A stretch of DNA of 64,000 nucleotides, taken from assembly GCF_006345805.1 (NCBI RefSeq), contig NC_043000.1, positions 148,738,001 through 148,802,000 of the forward strand, written 5' to 3'. Positions 50,796 through 62,757 of this stretch are shown piece by piece. The stretch is from Octopus sinensis (taxonomy: Eukaryota). Each line of letters opens with the position of its first letter. The first letter of the stretch is position 1. The position numbers were made by a program, and so were the translations under genes. The notes beneath the pieces are model-generated. The model made no database searches. It saw only the letters and a program-made list of their open reading frames with translations, and was not told the DNA's origin.

Positions 50796-52469
50796 CTGAA
50801 ACCAAAGAAATAATTAAATAATTATATTTAACTGCAATTAAGAATTATCATTTCTTTTATCTACGTAATTAATAATTAATTAATTGATACTTTTGTAGAG
50901 TATTAAAAATATATTAGGTTACATATGAGTGAAACATGAAATAAAATTTCCTTACACTTATTATTTTATTATTTCCAATCACACAAAATATCAACAAAAT
51001 TTATAATAGTGCTTTCAAGGGTTTTGTTGTATATATGAAACTGATCTTAAAATTATGAAACCTCACAAATATGATTAATAAGAACATTAATAAAAACTTA
51101 CAATGAGTCATATCAGCTAGTAATTTAGACATTCTTAATATATAATGAAGAATTTGCTGAGTGTATTACTAGAGATAGAATTGCACACTTAATGAAATTC
51201 ATATACATGCACAAATGGATAAACTAGATACCTATTTCACATGTTGTTATTTCTAAACCAATGCCATTTACCTCTGCATCCACATTTAGCTTTAGAATAT
51301 ATGTGTAGACCAACGAGGAAGCTTCTACATGGGCCATTCAATCTTCTAGAAAAAGCATCTCCTTCAAATCCACCCTAACATCTTAAACAAAAAAGGTCAT
51401 TTCAACTTATATGATCCTTGGTACAGTGCCTAGATAAAAGCTAGAATAGTCAAATACATTTGTTTTGCATTCTATTTTAAGTTAATCCTCAAAAAATAAC
51501 TTCATTTATTCCATTTTTGTATTTGATCTGCAAGATTTTTGATGTGAACTCCTGTATTGAAACAGATTTTGTTGTATCTTGGAAGGGTCAAAATGTCAAT
51601 AATAAATATGTACATCCCACCCATATCCATATAACTACATAAATACTAAACCTAAAACTAAAAGACAAAGAGACCAGAAGCTGACCTAGAGTAGAAAGGG
51701 CATGTCCTTGAAGGGGTCATAAATGGCAATGAAAGGACTTTGGTAAACACAACTGATTGATTAATCAAACAATTTATTAGTTACTTGATTAAATAGCTAA
51801 CCAATTGATGGATAATAATACAGAAGTGAAACTGAACCAGTGCATGTGTTTATTATTGGTGTAATGACCACCCCAAGATACAACATAATTTCATTTAAGT
51901 GAATTCAGATAAACTAAAAATGGGGCACTGAAAACTTTTTAAATGGTCTCATTAGAGATTAGATTTAAATGATATGAACTCACAAAGTAAGATTGAATAT
52001 ATGATACCTAAATGAAAAAAACTGCTGTTGTTGTTGTTTCATAGCTTGGATCTGCTCTATATAGACTAATGGTACTATGTTAGCCACTTAATGTTTGGAC
52101 AGAATCCAGAAATCCAGGACCGTAGATATAATTTACTTCAGTCTAAGCAGGAAAAAATCATTGTACACTTAGATCAGGTGATCATTGATTGCACAGGGTA
52201 CAGTTAGGTTGCATTTGTAAAATTTTTCTTGGAGGTGCTGTAGAACTGTAGAACAAAGCAAGTAGGGGAAAGACAATGTGCAACAATCTTAGTTCATAAG
52301 AAATGGGTTGGCAACTGTTTGGGCAAAAGGGAGTGGCAGCAATGGTAACAGCATTGTAAATGTGTCCAGACGTTTCAGGGTGGCTTGATGTATGGTTGCA
52401 AAGAGTTGGAGTAGAATGTGAAATTTTGGAAAAGAATCACCTGTATCATGATGAATCACACACTGGGTG

Positions 52470-52880
52470 TCAAAATGCCAACATCATGATTGCTACTCAA
52501 TGCTTTATGAACAGTGCAAAAGATGTAAGATGTGGCATGGACAGTTGCAACAAAGACTATGTAGCCGTGGCCAGTAGGAAGGGACATGGCAAGTGTTCTC
52601 ACTGCGTTAACACAGCAGAATTCATTCAACAACTGCAGAAAAAGGTGATGGAAGATCTGAGCAAGGGAATTGGCCTTTGGCAAGAGAGATGGGTGTTGGA
52701 ATCACTACCATGAAGCTGACCCTGAATGAGGACCTTTGCAACAACTTATATAGGAGGTACAAGGGACAAACTCTGGCAGCTAAGGTCAAGGAGAACTGTT
52801 TGATGAAGGCAAAGAAGCTCTGAAAGAAACTGAGACTTCCTGACGAAACAGAGATGATTTGGTTCTTCTCAGATGAAAAG
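52470..52880 (+). mobile_element. Degraded Tc1/mariner (maT-like) transposase fragment
   Basis: EFIQQLQ.KVMED.SKGI...EMGV...TMKL.LNEDL...Y.RYKG..L..K.KENC..KAKKL...IWFFSDEKNFCQD across frameshifts. Confidence 0.8.
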
Positions 52881-53265
52881 AACTTCTGCCAGGATTGTTT
52901 ATACAACACACACACACACACATTGGGAATGGTTTTCTTTCAGTTTCCATCTACCAAATCCACTCACAAGGCTTTCGTTGGCCCAGGGCTCTCATAGGAA
53001 ACCCTCACCCAAGATGTCGCACAGTGGGACTGAACCCAAGACCACATGGCTAGGAAGAAAGCTTCTTAACCACACAACCATGCCTGCACCTATAAGGTAA
53101 TTGGGTCTTCAATAACATAATATAAACCCTTCAATTCATAACAGTTTAGAAAAGTTAAAGAATAAATAATAAAAGTGATCTTCATTGAAGAAGCAGAATA
53201 AATTTGTAATTTCAAACAGATCAATAGCATTGAGGTAAATGTGTATTACAACATTGTAAACATAC

Positions 53266-53424
53266 CATCTTCAGAACTACTGTCCCTCAAAACAGAATGA
53301 ACACTTTGATTAGATTTTTCTTCTTTCAACATAAAAGAAGTTCTGCTTGCTTGTGACTGTGTCATATCCTTGTTTTCAGACATTTGTGAACTTAAACTCA
53401 AATACAAGTTTATGTCTTGGCTCT
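53266..53424 (-). CDS. TP53BP1: 53BP1 exon (ESQDINLYLSLSSQ...RDSSSED)
   Basis: TTTTTCTTTTCTAG acceptor, G|GTATGT donor, 159 nt, phase 1-1, open and SQ-rich. Confidence 0.82.
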
Positions 53425-53879
53425 CTAGAAAAGAAAAATATTTGCAACAGTTAAGAATTTAAAAAAAAACAAAGAAAAAATAAAAACTTAAGAAGATATT
53501 CATTTGTGAAAGCTGAAAGAGATTTGGGCCAAGGAAACTCACAATGCAATAATTAGATCAGAACTTAAAATATTAAAATTCATGCAGGAAGTTGCAATGG
53601 ATAAGGAAAGACAGAGAGCAGTTCAGCTCCCCAACAATGTCCTTCCACATGATATAAAGATCTCTCGAGTAATGTTATCCAACACGGTACATAGCTCGGA
53701 GATCAGTTCTTCACATGAAAAAATGTGCTCTACAAAGGCAGAGATCTCCATACAACTAAATTTCATATCTCATCTGAGTGGCTCAACTATATATTTCTAA
53801 ATTGTCTTTGAAACTACAACTTTTGCCCTATATAACAAACACTTTTAACCTAAAGAGATATCAGACAATAGAAGGGTAA

Positions 53880-54206
53880 AGACTCCCTTTGGTCATGAAT
53901 GACTATGGGATTGCACCTAGAAAGTTACCCTCTGAGGCACAAGTCCAGGCAAGGCTGTTGATGGAAGACCAACAGTCTCATCCACGCAAACCAGGCTCTC
54001 ATGTCCACTGTTATCCAAGGGAAAGGCAGAGGCCAATACAGCTTGGCACCAGTGATATCGCAACTCATTACTATAGCTGAGTGAACTGGAGCAATGTGAA
54101 ATAAAGAGACTTGCTCAAGAACACAGCACAGAGCCCAGTCCAGGAATCAAACTCACTACCTCATGGTTGTGAGCCCAATGCTCTAACCACTGAGCCATGC
54201 ACCTTC
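53880..54206 (-). mobile_element. tRNA-headed SINE with TCTTGAGCAAG core
   Basis: Minus head GGTGCATGGCTCAGTGGTTAGAGCA...GAGTTTGATTCC. Confidence 0.72.
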
Positions 54207-54411
54207 GCTTGACATCAGACAATAATCACAATATTATGGTTAGCATTAATTATGTCACTTAAATAACAGGTACAATCGCCTTCTTCTAGCAGCTCATTAA
54301 AACAGTCAATAGCTTCTAAGTCTACAGTTTCTATTGTTGTTAGCTACCCATGAGATCCTTAAGCTTTGATTCATTGACAATCTTAAGCATTCACGCACAA
54401 ATTTATACATA

Positions 54412-54582
54412 GGCACAGGAGTGGGTGTGTGGTAAGTAGCTTGCTAACCAACCACATGGTTCCGGGTTCAGTCCCACTGCGTGGCATCTTGGGCAAGTGT
54501 CTTCTGCTATAGCCCCGGGCCGGCCAATGCCTTATGAGTGGATTTGGTAGACGGAAACTGAAAGAAGCCTGTCGTATATATG

Positions 54583-54613
<31 letters not shown>

Positions 54614-54812
54614 TTTGTGTCTGTGTTTGTCCTCCAAGCATTGCTTGACAACCGATGCTGGTGTGTTTACGTCCCCGTCACTTAGCGGTTCGGCAAAAGA
54701 GACCGATAGAATAAGTACTGGGCTTACAAAGAATAAGTCCCGGGGTCGATTTGCTCGACTAAAGGCGGTGCTCCAGCATGGCCGCAGTCAAATGACTGAA
54801 ACAAGTAAAAGA
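54412..54812 (+). mobile_element. SINE family B
   Basis: Full-length match. Confidence 0.88.
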
Positions 54813-54813
54813 G

Positions 54814-55245
54814 TATATAAAGCTGAAGTTGTCTGTGTGTGACAGGTTTGGTAGCCTTCAACTAACACTATCTCCTCCGAGACCCTGCAGCGCAAGTTGA
54901 CCAAAATTGAGAGTATGATAGAAGAAGGCTTGCTCTTCATTCCGAAGAAGAAAAAATTAAAATCGGACCATTTTAAGACCAAAAATTATTTACATCAAAA
55001 AGGTGCTTTTCTTCTATGAAAATCCCTATTTTTTACAATTTTCTTACTGCTGTGTTGCCATTTTTTGGTGTATTTCAACCAGAAAAATGTTCACTTAAAA
55101 GAGAATAACAAGCTACATAATGCAGAATTTTTACTTTTCAAAAATGATTGAAACTATGTCAAAGCTTTGTTAACGCGACATCAAAGTCTGCCGTTTTAAG
55201 CACAACTAAAAAACAAACCCAAGCAACACCGGCCTATACTACTAG
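54814..55245 (+). mobile_element. Helitron-like non-autonomous element
   Basis: TATATAAAGCTGAAGTTGTCTGTGTGT start; ends CCCAAGCAACACCGGCCTATACTA-CTAG|T. Confidence 0.62.
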
Positions 55246-55442
55246 TACATATATTCATATCCAGAGAACACATAGACACAAAATTTAAACTGAGAGAGAA
55301 AGAAGGGAGAGAGGGATTATTAAGATAGAAAAACATGCGATGATGCAAAGAAGAGCATTTAGCTGTAATCCTAGAAATATAATCTGATATTCTCAAAGAG
55401 AATTGGTATCAAAAGTAAATCAATATATTTAAATAAACATAC

Positions 55443-55488
55443 CACAAATTTCATCTGCATATTTTTGTGAATGTGTTTTGGGGTCAAT
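55443..55488 (-). CDS. TP53BP1: 53BP1 micro-exon (IDPKTHSQKYADEIC)
   Basis: ATTTTATTTTAG acceptor, G|GTATGT donor; 46 nt gives exactly the phase 0->1 bridge needed between its neighbours. Confidence 0.72.
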
Positions 55489-55882
55489 CTAAAATAAAAT
55501 AATACAAATCAAAAGCATTCTCTTAAATAAATAAATAAAAAAAGGAACAACGGTCAAATCAACAAAAAAGGGTAAAACAAGCAACTTAAACTATATCAGC
55601 TTCATTATAATCAGTTAATTGTTATTGGAGTTTAATTAATTAAGCGTTTAATCCTGCAGCATTGCATTCAGACGTCAAGTTAGCAGAATCATTAACTTGT
55701 CTCAAAAAATGCTTAGTGGCATTTGTTCCGGCTCTTTACATTCTGAGTTCAAATCCCACCATGATCAACTTTGCCTTTCATCTTTTCAGGGTCAATAAAA
55801 TGAGTACCAGTTGAACACCAGGGTCAATGTAATTTGTCCTTTCCCTTAAACTTGCTGGTTTCATGCCAAAATTTGAAACCAT

Positions 55883-56111
55883 TTAACCCTTTCGTTACTG
55901 TATTTATTTTGAGATTCTCTGTGTTTCTTTCAATTATTTTAAATATAACAAAGAATTTAGTAAAATAACTTAGTTATCATTCAGCTAGTGTTAGGAACAT
56001 AAATTGTGACTAAGGTTTGGTGGTATATTTTGATGCAAAACTTATGAAAACAAGACATTTGTACTACAGAGCCAGAGTCGGTTTTGGCCGGGTTGGTAAC
56101 AAAAGGGTTAA
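55883..56111. mobile_element. piggyBac-like MITE (subfamily B)
   Basis: TTAACCCTTTCGTTAC...GTAACAAAAGGGTTAA. Confidence 0.82.
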
Positions 56112-57264
56112 GTTCATATAAATGTGATCTCAAAGAGTACTATCATCATCATCATCATCATCATCGTTTAACGTCCGTTCTCCATGCTAGAATGGGTTGG
56201 CCGGTTCGACCGGGGATCTGGGAAGCCAGAAGGCTGCACCAGGCTCCAGTCTGATCTGGCAGTGTTTCTACAGCTGGATGCCCTTCCTAACGCCAACCAC
56301 TCCGCGAGTGTAGTGGGTGCTTTTTACGTGCCACCTGCACAGAATATCTTTCTAATTATTTGGAAATGACTTAATGAGTGTGATGATGAAGTCAAATATT
56401 TATTTCCAGCATTACCAGCTGGTTCAGCTTAACCAAAGACCTTTGTAAACTAGTTAGATTAAACATCACTATCATCATCATTATTTAATGTCCGTTTTCC
56501 ATGTTGGCTTGGGTTGAGTTGTTTGACAGGAGCTGGCAAGCAAAAGGGCTGCACCAAGTTCTAATTGTCTGTTTGGGCATGGTTTCTATGACTGGATGCT
56601 CTTCCTAACACCAGCCACTTTACAGAGGGTACTCGGTGCTTTTTATGGGGGCACCAGCACATGTGCCTTTTATGGGAGCTTGTTACATGGCATCAGCATG
56701 GGTGCTTTTTACATGGCACCAGCATGGGTGTTTTTTATGTGGCACAGTTCATATACAAAGAACTAGATTTGGTGCACAGAATTGTTGTTTATACACCTTG
56801 TTTCTTCAATCTTTTGAAAATAGGGAATCAAATCATGTTCACTATTCACTGTATCGTAAGTACATATGTGGACAAGTGAATCACATCTTGTGTTTGTACA
56901 TTAGAAAATGAATGCAATAAAATAATCCTTCCTATTCATAATAGAAAGAATTATTTTATTACATTCATTTAGGCACAAGGCCGGAAACTTTGAGGGGATA
57001 TGGCTAGTCAATTACATCAACCCCAATGTTCAACTGGTACTTATTTTATCAACCCTGGAAGGATGAAAGATAAAGTCTACCTTGGCAGAATTTGAACTCA
57101 GAATGTAAAAACAGTTGAAATGCAACTATGCATGTGGTCCAGCATGCTAATGATTCTGCTAGCTGAACACCTTAATTAATGTAATAATATAAATTCTACC
57201 AAAATAAAATAGAAACTTTTTGGGAATTAAGGAGATTTCAAGCATGTAAAAATATATCATAAGG

Positions 57265-57749
57265 GCACAGAAAGTGTGCCTAAAGCCAGCTGGAGACGAG
57301 GATCTCCTGGGGCTACAAGCTACAGTAACACCCACCCTTAGTGGTTAGCCATATTGAGATGGCTAGCATACTTTACATTGTCGAGCGGTTACAGTTTACA
57401 TCTCATTCAGAGATTTATTATTGCTTTCAGACAGTTTTTCAAAATCAGTGACAGTGGTTACTGGGAAAAACATTAAATAGATATTCGCAAACAGGTCTCT
57501 CCTCATCGAAAACCGGTGATTACCATACGTTGACAAGAGGCAAATACCCCGAAACTGCAGTCCGTGCGTATCACTTAGGTTTTCGAGAGGGGATGACCTC
57601 CCTTTGCGAATATCAGAAGTGCACATAAATTGTGTCTAAAGCCAGCTGGAGACGATGATCTCCTGGGGCTAAAAAGCTACAGTAACACCCATCCTTAGTG
57701 GTTAGCCATATTGAGATGGCTAGTATACTTTACGTTAAAAATATACTAG
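57265..57749 (+). mobile_element. Helitron-like 3' part with a ~112-bp internal direct repeat
   Basis: 57265-57376 resembles 57621-57733; ends in a TAGTATA/TATACTA hairpin and CTAG|T. Confidence 0.55.
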
Positions 57750-58196
57750 TTAATAGAAAAGCACAAATATTGATATAAAAAATAACGTTTTGTAAAACTA
57801 CACTTTCCAATATTTTACTGCTGGTCACAATACTGGTATCAAATTTTGGGTCAAGGCTAGCAATTTTAGGAGAGGAAGACAGTTGACTACATCAATCCCA
57901 GTATTCAAATGATACTTACTTTATTGCCTGCCAAAAGGATGAAAGGCAAAGTCGACTTTGGTGGAATTTGAACTCAGAACATAAAGAGCCAGAAAGTACT
58001 AGTCATATATTAAACCACTTATTTTGTGCTATTGGTATTTTTACCTGTGAATACTTTTTTTGGCACCAAACATTCATAAGGACTCGTAAGAATTTTATAT
58101 CAAGACACACTTATGCAAATAAAGTATCTTAAAAAAGAAATCTGTGACATGCACACAGTAGTATTAAAACTCAAGATATATGAATCATTACTCCAA

Positions 58197-58197
<1 letters not shown>

Positions 58198-58249
<52 letters not shown>

Positions 58250-58250
58250 G
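58198..58250. repeat. (AAT)n microsatellite, about 17 units
   Basis: Direct read. Confidence 0.95.
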
Positions 58251-58267
58251 ATTAAGTAATATTTAAC

Positions 58268-58378
58268 CTGTGAACATGATTGTGTTGATGAGTAGTGAAG
58301 GTGTAAATTCTCACTGTCATCTTTAGAACCTTTATTACTTTCATTCTGAGAGTATTCCATTGATTGATGCTGAGAATC
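58268..58378 (-). CDS. TP53BP1: 53BP1 exon (DSQHQSMEYSQ...NLHLHYSSTQSCSQ)
   Basis: TTTTTTACAG acceptor, CAG|GTTAAA donor, 111 nt, phase 0-0, SQ/TQ-rich. Confidence 0.8.
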
Positions 58379-59210
58379 CTGTAAAAAATAATTGTTAAAT
58401 TTTTACATTAAAATTTTGTTTAAGATATCCATCCGATTTAATAGCTCTACCTGTGGAAGGGGTAAACTCAAGATGTGGGACGAAGTACTGAGAAAGGATC
58501 TTCAGATGCTGGGCCTCACTGAGGGAATGACAAGGGACCGAGAGTTGTGGTGATTTGCTATACTTGAGAAGTCGTGTCAAGCTAAGTAAAATTGTTGTCA
58601 TCCACACCTACAGGCTTGTCCTTTGCAGGTACCAGTGCTGTGTAAATACACCTGTGCTGGTGGCATGTAAAAGGCAACCAGCACACTCTGTAAAGTGGTT
58701 AGCATTAGTAAGGGCATCCAGCTATAGAAACCATGCCACAACAGACAGCTCGCTGGCTGACCAACTCCTGTCATACCATCCAACCCATGCCAGCATGGAA
58801 AATGGATGTTAAGTGATGATGATGATGATGAGTAGATACAATAGCTTATGAAAGAAAGAAGTCAAGAATAAAACATAGCAAAAGATGACAGGTTCATAAT
58901 ATCTTTTTATCTCTCTAATTTTAGCACAAGACCAACAGTTTTGAAGGGAGAGGCAAGTCGATTACATTGACCTCAGTACATGACTGGTACTTATTTCATC
59001 GACCCTGAAAGGATGAAAGGCAAAATTGACCTTGGTGGCATTTGAACTCAGAACATGAAGATCCAGAAGAAATGCTGCTAAACATTTTGTCTGATACACT
59101 AACGGTTCTCCTAGTTTGCCACCTCTGACAGTCTCATAATTATTTTCTACAATAATTATTCTCTATAGGAATTATTAACCAAATATTTTTACTAGTATTC
59201 ATAGCATAAA

Positions 59211-60230
59211 AATATTTGGTTAATAATTCCTTACGGGAGACAAATTAAATCTAATCTCCCACTGCTGTTTCGTCAAGCTATTGCTAGGAATTTTCCAAAC
59301 AATTCTAGATATTACTCTATAATCAATTCACATAAGGTTAGGATAGGTTTTTCAAACACAAAAAAATCTCTTGCAAATTATCTCTTCTCATAATAACAAA
59401 CTGTTAAATATTAATACATTTACTAATACTAACATTAATTTAGCTAATACCATCCAACCCTCTAGAAATATTAATAACAAGGTTATTGTATCTGAAGTCA
59501 ATTCCAATAGAATTAAGTTTATGTCAAGTAACTCTAAGGTTAAAAATTCTATATACCAGTGTATAATCAGTACTCGTAATAAAGTACGATTTTACATTGG
59601 AAGCACATCGTTAGAGTTATCTAAAAGAATTTCTATCCATTACTCAACATTTAGGGATAGAAATAAACGGAATAGTACCGGTCTCAGCAAACTGATTTGG
59701 AATTTAAAAGACCACAATGAACAATTTAATTTAGAATGGTTGATTCTCTCAATTTCGATACCACATGACAAAGGCAAGAAATTCTGTCTTGTCTGCAATT
59801 CTGAGCTATTTTTCATTATTTTTTCTAAAAATACTCTAGTAAACACGGTTATAGAGCAAGCATACAGATGTAAGCATTGGCAAAAACATACATTTAGTGC
59901 ATATAAGTAGTCTCTATCATTATATATAATTTAAACTTTAATTTCCTTTATATTTAACATTCACTATTGGTATCCACACTCTTTCTGTTAGCTACTTATG
60001 ACGTTATATCATATAACATTTTTTTAAACAATATTAATAGCGTTCTGTCTATTGCTATACAAATCCATCATTTTTTGCTAAAATGTCTTATTGACGAGTT
60101 TCGTTTTTTTCACTTTTCTGAGGAGAAGATTGCATTGTTTATACCATTTATTCTTTTGAATAGTATCAGTGGAATTTTCGAAACATGTGTCGAAAGTAAA
60201 AATATTTTATTACACCTGCGTTAACTCCAT
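59211..60230 (+). mobile_element. 5'-truncated Penelope-like element (second lineage): RT-EN linker, GIY-YIG endonuclease and 3' hammerhead
   Basis: ORF 59371..59910 has SIYQC..FYIGST...R...H....NSTGLSK.IW.LK...C..C..E...N...C.H. The frame extends to about 59211 across one frameshift in the A-run at 59360-59366. Confidence 0.88.
60112..60197 (+). ncRNA. Type I hammerhead ribozyme, canonical core
   Basis: Helix I ACTTTT/GAAAGT; CTGAGGA; helix II GAAGATT/AATTTTC with extended stem; GAAA; helix III ACA-TG-TGT; GUC cleavage triplet (C17 at 60191). Confidence 0.85.
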
Positions 60231-60237
60231 TTTTTTA

Positions 60238-60333
<96 letters not shown>

Positions 60334-60389
60334 ATGTTAAACTTAATAGAAAAGAAGTCTTGACTCAATAAAAAGTTTCTAAAAGTTAC

Positions 60390-60439
60390 CTTTTTTATTA
60401 CAGTAGTTTCCATCACTGTAGATTCCTGGTTGCCAGATT
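60390..60439 (-). CDS. TP53BP1: 53BP1 exon, most 5' found in window (ESGNQESTVMETTVIKK); upstream exons probably beyond window
   Basis: TTTCTTTATTGAAG acceptor, AAG|GTAACT donor, open frame, phase 1->0 fits the next exon; no homology support. Confidence 0.6.
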
Positions 60440-60862
60440 CTTCAATAAAGAAATAATTTCATATCAAAGGTCGACAAGGTTATTTAGGTAACTGTAATTG
60501 CCTCAATACTACCAAACAATACACACCTGCCTACTACACAACACCTTACCCCTTACTCTTATGGCACTTTAAGTCAATCAGCAGGTAGGGGCCCCACCAG
60601 CTTCATGCAAATTAGCTCTAACAGAACATGTACTTGATTGTTAACCCATCAGAAACAACGAGGACAGTGACAACTAGAAGGATGAAATGATCCCTTTAAG
60701 CATGTCCTCCATGTACAAAACACAAGAATTCAATGCTCCAAGCACCCCAAGTAGTTTGCTCATAGCTGCACTACAGCTGCTCATGCAGAGAAAAAAAAAG
60801 GCTTGCAACATTTGGAGAAACACCTCCCCTAAAAAAACTGGGTGGCACATACCCAGCAATGT

Positions 60863-61249
60863 GAATGGAAGCACTCCGTCGGTTACGACGACGAGCTTTC
60901 CGGTTGATCCGATCAACGGAACAGCCTGCTCGTGAAATTAACATGTAAGTGGCTGAGCACTCCACAGACACGTATACCCATAACGTAGTTCTCGGGGATA
61001 TTCAGCATGACACAGAGAGTGACAAGGCCGGCCCCTTGAAATACAGGTACAACAGAAACAGGAAGTAAGAGTGAGAGAAAGTTGTGGTGAAAGAGTACAG
61101 CAGGGATCACCACCATCCTCTGCTGGAGCCTCATGGAGCTTTAGGTGTTTTCGCTCAATAAACACTCACAATGCCCGGTCTGGGAATCGAAACCGCGATC
61201 CTACGACCGTGAGTCCGCTGCCCTAACCACTGGGCCATTGCGCCTCCAC
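60863..61249 (-). mobile_element. tRNA-headed SINE (family D) with 12-bp TSD, inserted in an old LINE
   Basis: Near-identical to 22019-22402; TSD ACCCAGCAATGT at 60851-60862 and 61250-61261. Confidence 0.88.
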
Positions 61250-61722
61250 ACCCAGCAATGTAACACTTTCAAGACCACACATAAAAAAGCCCTCATGCAT
61301 TGCATAGCTACCAAGTTATCCCAACACCCAAACAACAGCCAATACTTTTGATCTATGAGCAAAAGAATTTCTACTGACATTACAGTATCCTGTTCTCTTT
61401 TAATTCTTAAAACAAGGACTCTGTGAACAACACCCTTAATCAGAAAGACTACCCATTTTGTATCTCCTTCCACCCCACCAAGTTCTCCATTTTGCATACA
61501 CACATACCAAGTGCAAAAGTACCTCCAGTTGCTTTAAACCAGCAATGTTACCAGTTATAACACTGTATCTTCCATTACCCACAAATACTGCACCCCAGAG
61601 CATGCTCCTATGCTTACCAAACTCTTCAAACTCTCTACAAGGATATACCCTAATCTTTGGGAACACCTTTCTGCGAATTCTATTTGCAAGGGAGGCAACC
61701 TTCCTGACCCAGACAATTATTG

Positions 61723-62143
61723 GGATCTTTTCAGTTTGAACGGCATTTTTAAAAAATAATTTCCACGTAACTAAACACTTTTAAACTTCGTATACTGGTA
61801 GAATGTGTTTATAAAACATCATTTTCTCTTGGCTTTATTGAGAAAATTCTATAGTTTGTAAGATATTTATTGTTTTTTTTCTTCAATTTCTGCAATTTCA
61901 ACCGATCACTGATGTCTATTAAGGTAAAAAAACATTCTGTGCCGTATGAATATGTTCCCTCATTTAAGAAACAGATTGGGTTTATTTATATTTCTGAAGG
62001 AAAAAAGATACCCCCCCCCCACTAACCCTAAACCTAACCCTAAAACAAATTGAAATGCAATAGATCGATACTAGGGTCATAATTATGGGTGACAATTTCA
62101 TATGACACCGCTAGAAAAACTGCCGTTCAAACCAAAAAGATCC
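61723..62143. mobile_element. MITE with GGATC.. TIRs and 8-bp TSD
   Basis: TIR GGATCTTTT(C/T)(A/G)GTTTGAACGGCA; TSD AATTATTG at 61715-61722 and 62144-62151. Confidence 0.87.
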
Positions 62144-62757
62144 AATTATTGTCCTACTGTACCCACTTCCAGTACCTTAAAAGGTAATGGAAACAACTAT
62201 TGACTTTCTCCAATATTTTGAATCTCGTTCACTCCCTAATGATTACATTATGGCTTCCATAAAACCAGACCTATTCTCTCACGTCACCCAGCAATATGTT
62301 CACACCTTATAGAAATTTGGTGAAAGCAATGTTCCCACCCTCAATATCAGCAATGCATTTAACGAATCTGGTATCAAAACATCCCACCTATGGGCTTCAT
62401 CCATATTTCATCTCCTCAATTGGTAGCTTCTTAACAGATCACACTATCATAATCTATGTTGATAGAGCTCTTTTTGTCCTACAGTTTACAAACTCTGATG
62501 TACCTAGGGTTCAGTTTTATCCCCCACTCTCTTCCTTTTATATACCAAATGCTTGCCACTCTTATAAAGATAATATGTATCTTTATTTCTCTCTAACTTT
62601 CCCCCAACTACACACAATTCACATTCAATTTAAATACAATGTGCCAAATTAAATAAGACCTCAAAAACATCCCCCTGTAGAGCCACATCAATTCTTTTAA
62701 TAGCAGAAAGACAGAAGCACTACTTACATCATGAAAATATTGCACCACACTGCCTCC

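Noticed and set aside
58358-58360. ATG at 58360 as the 53BP1 start codon
   Set aside because: The frame is open to a good acceptor 18 nt upstream and an in-phase exon exists at 60390-60439, so this is probably an internal Met.
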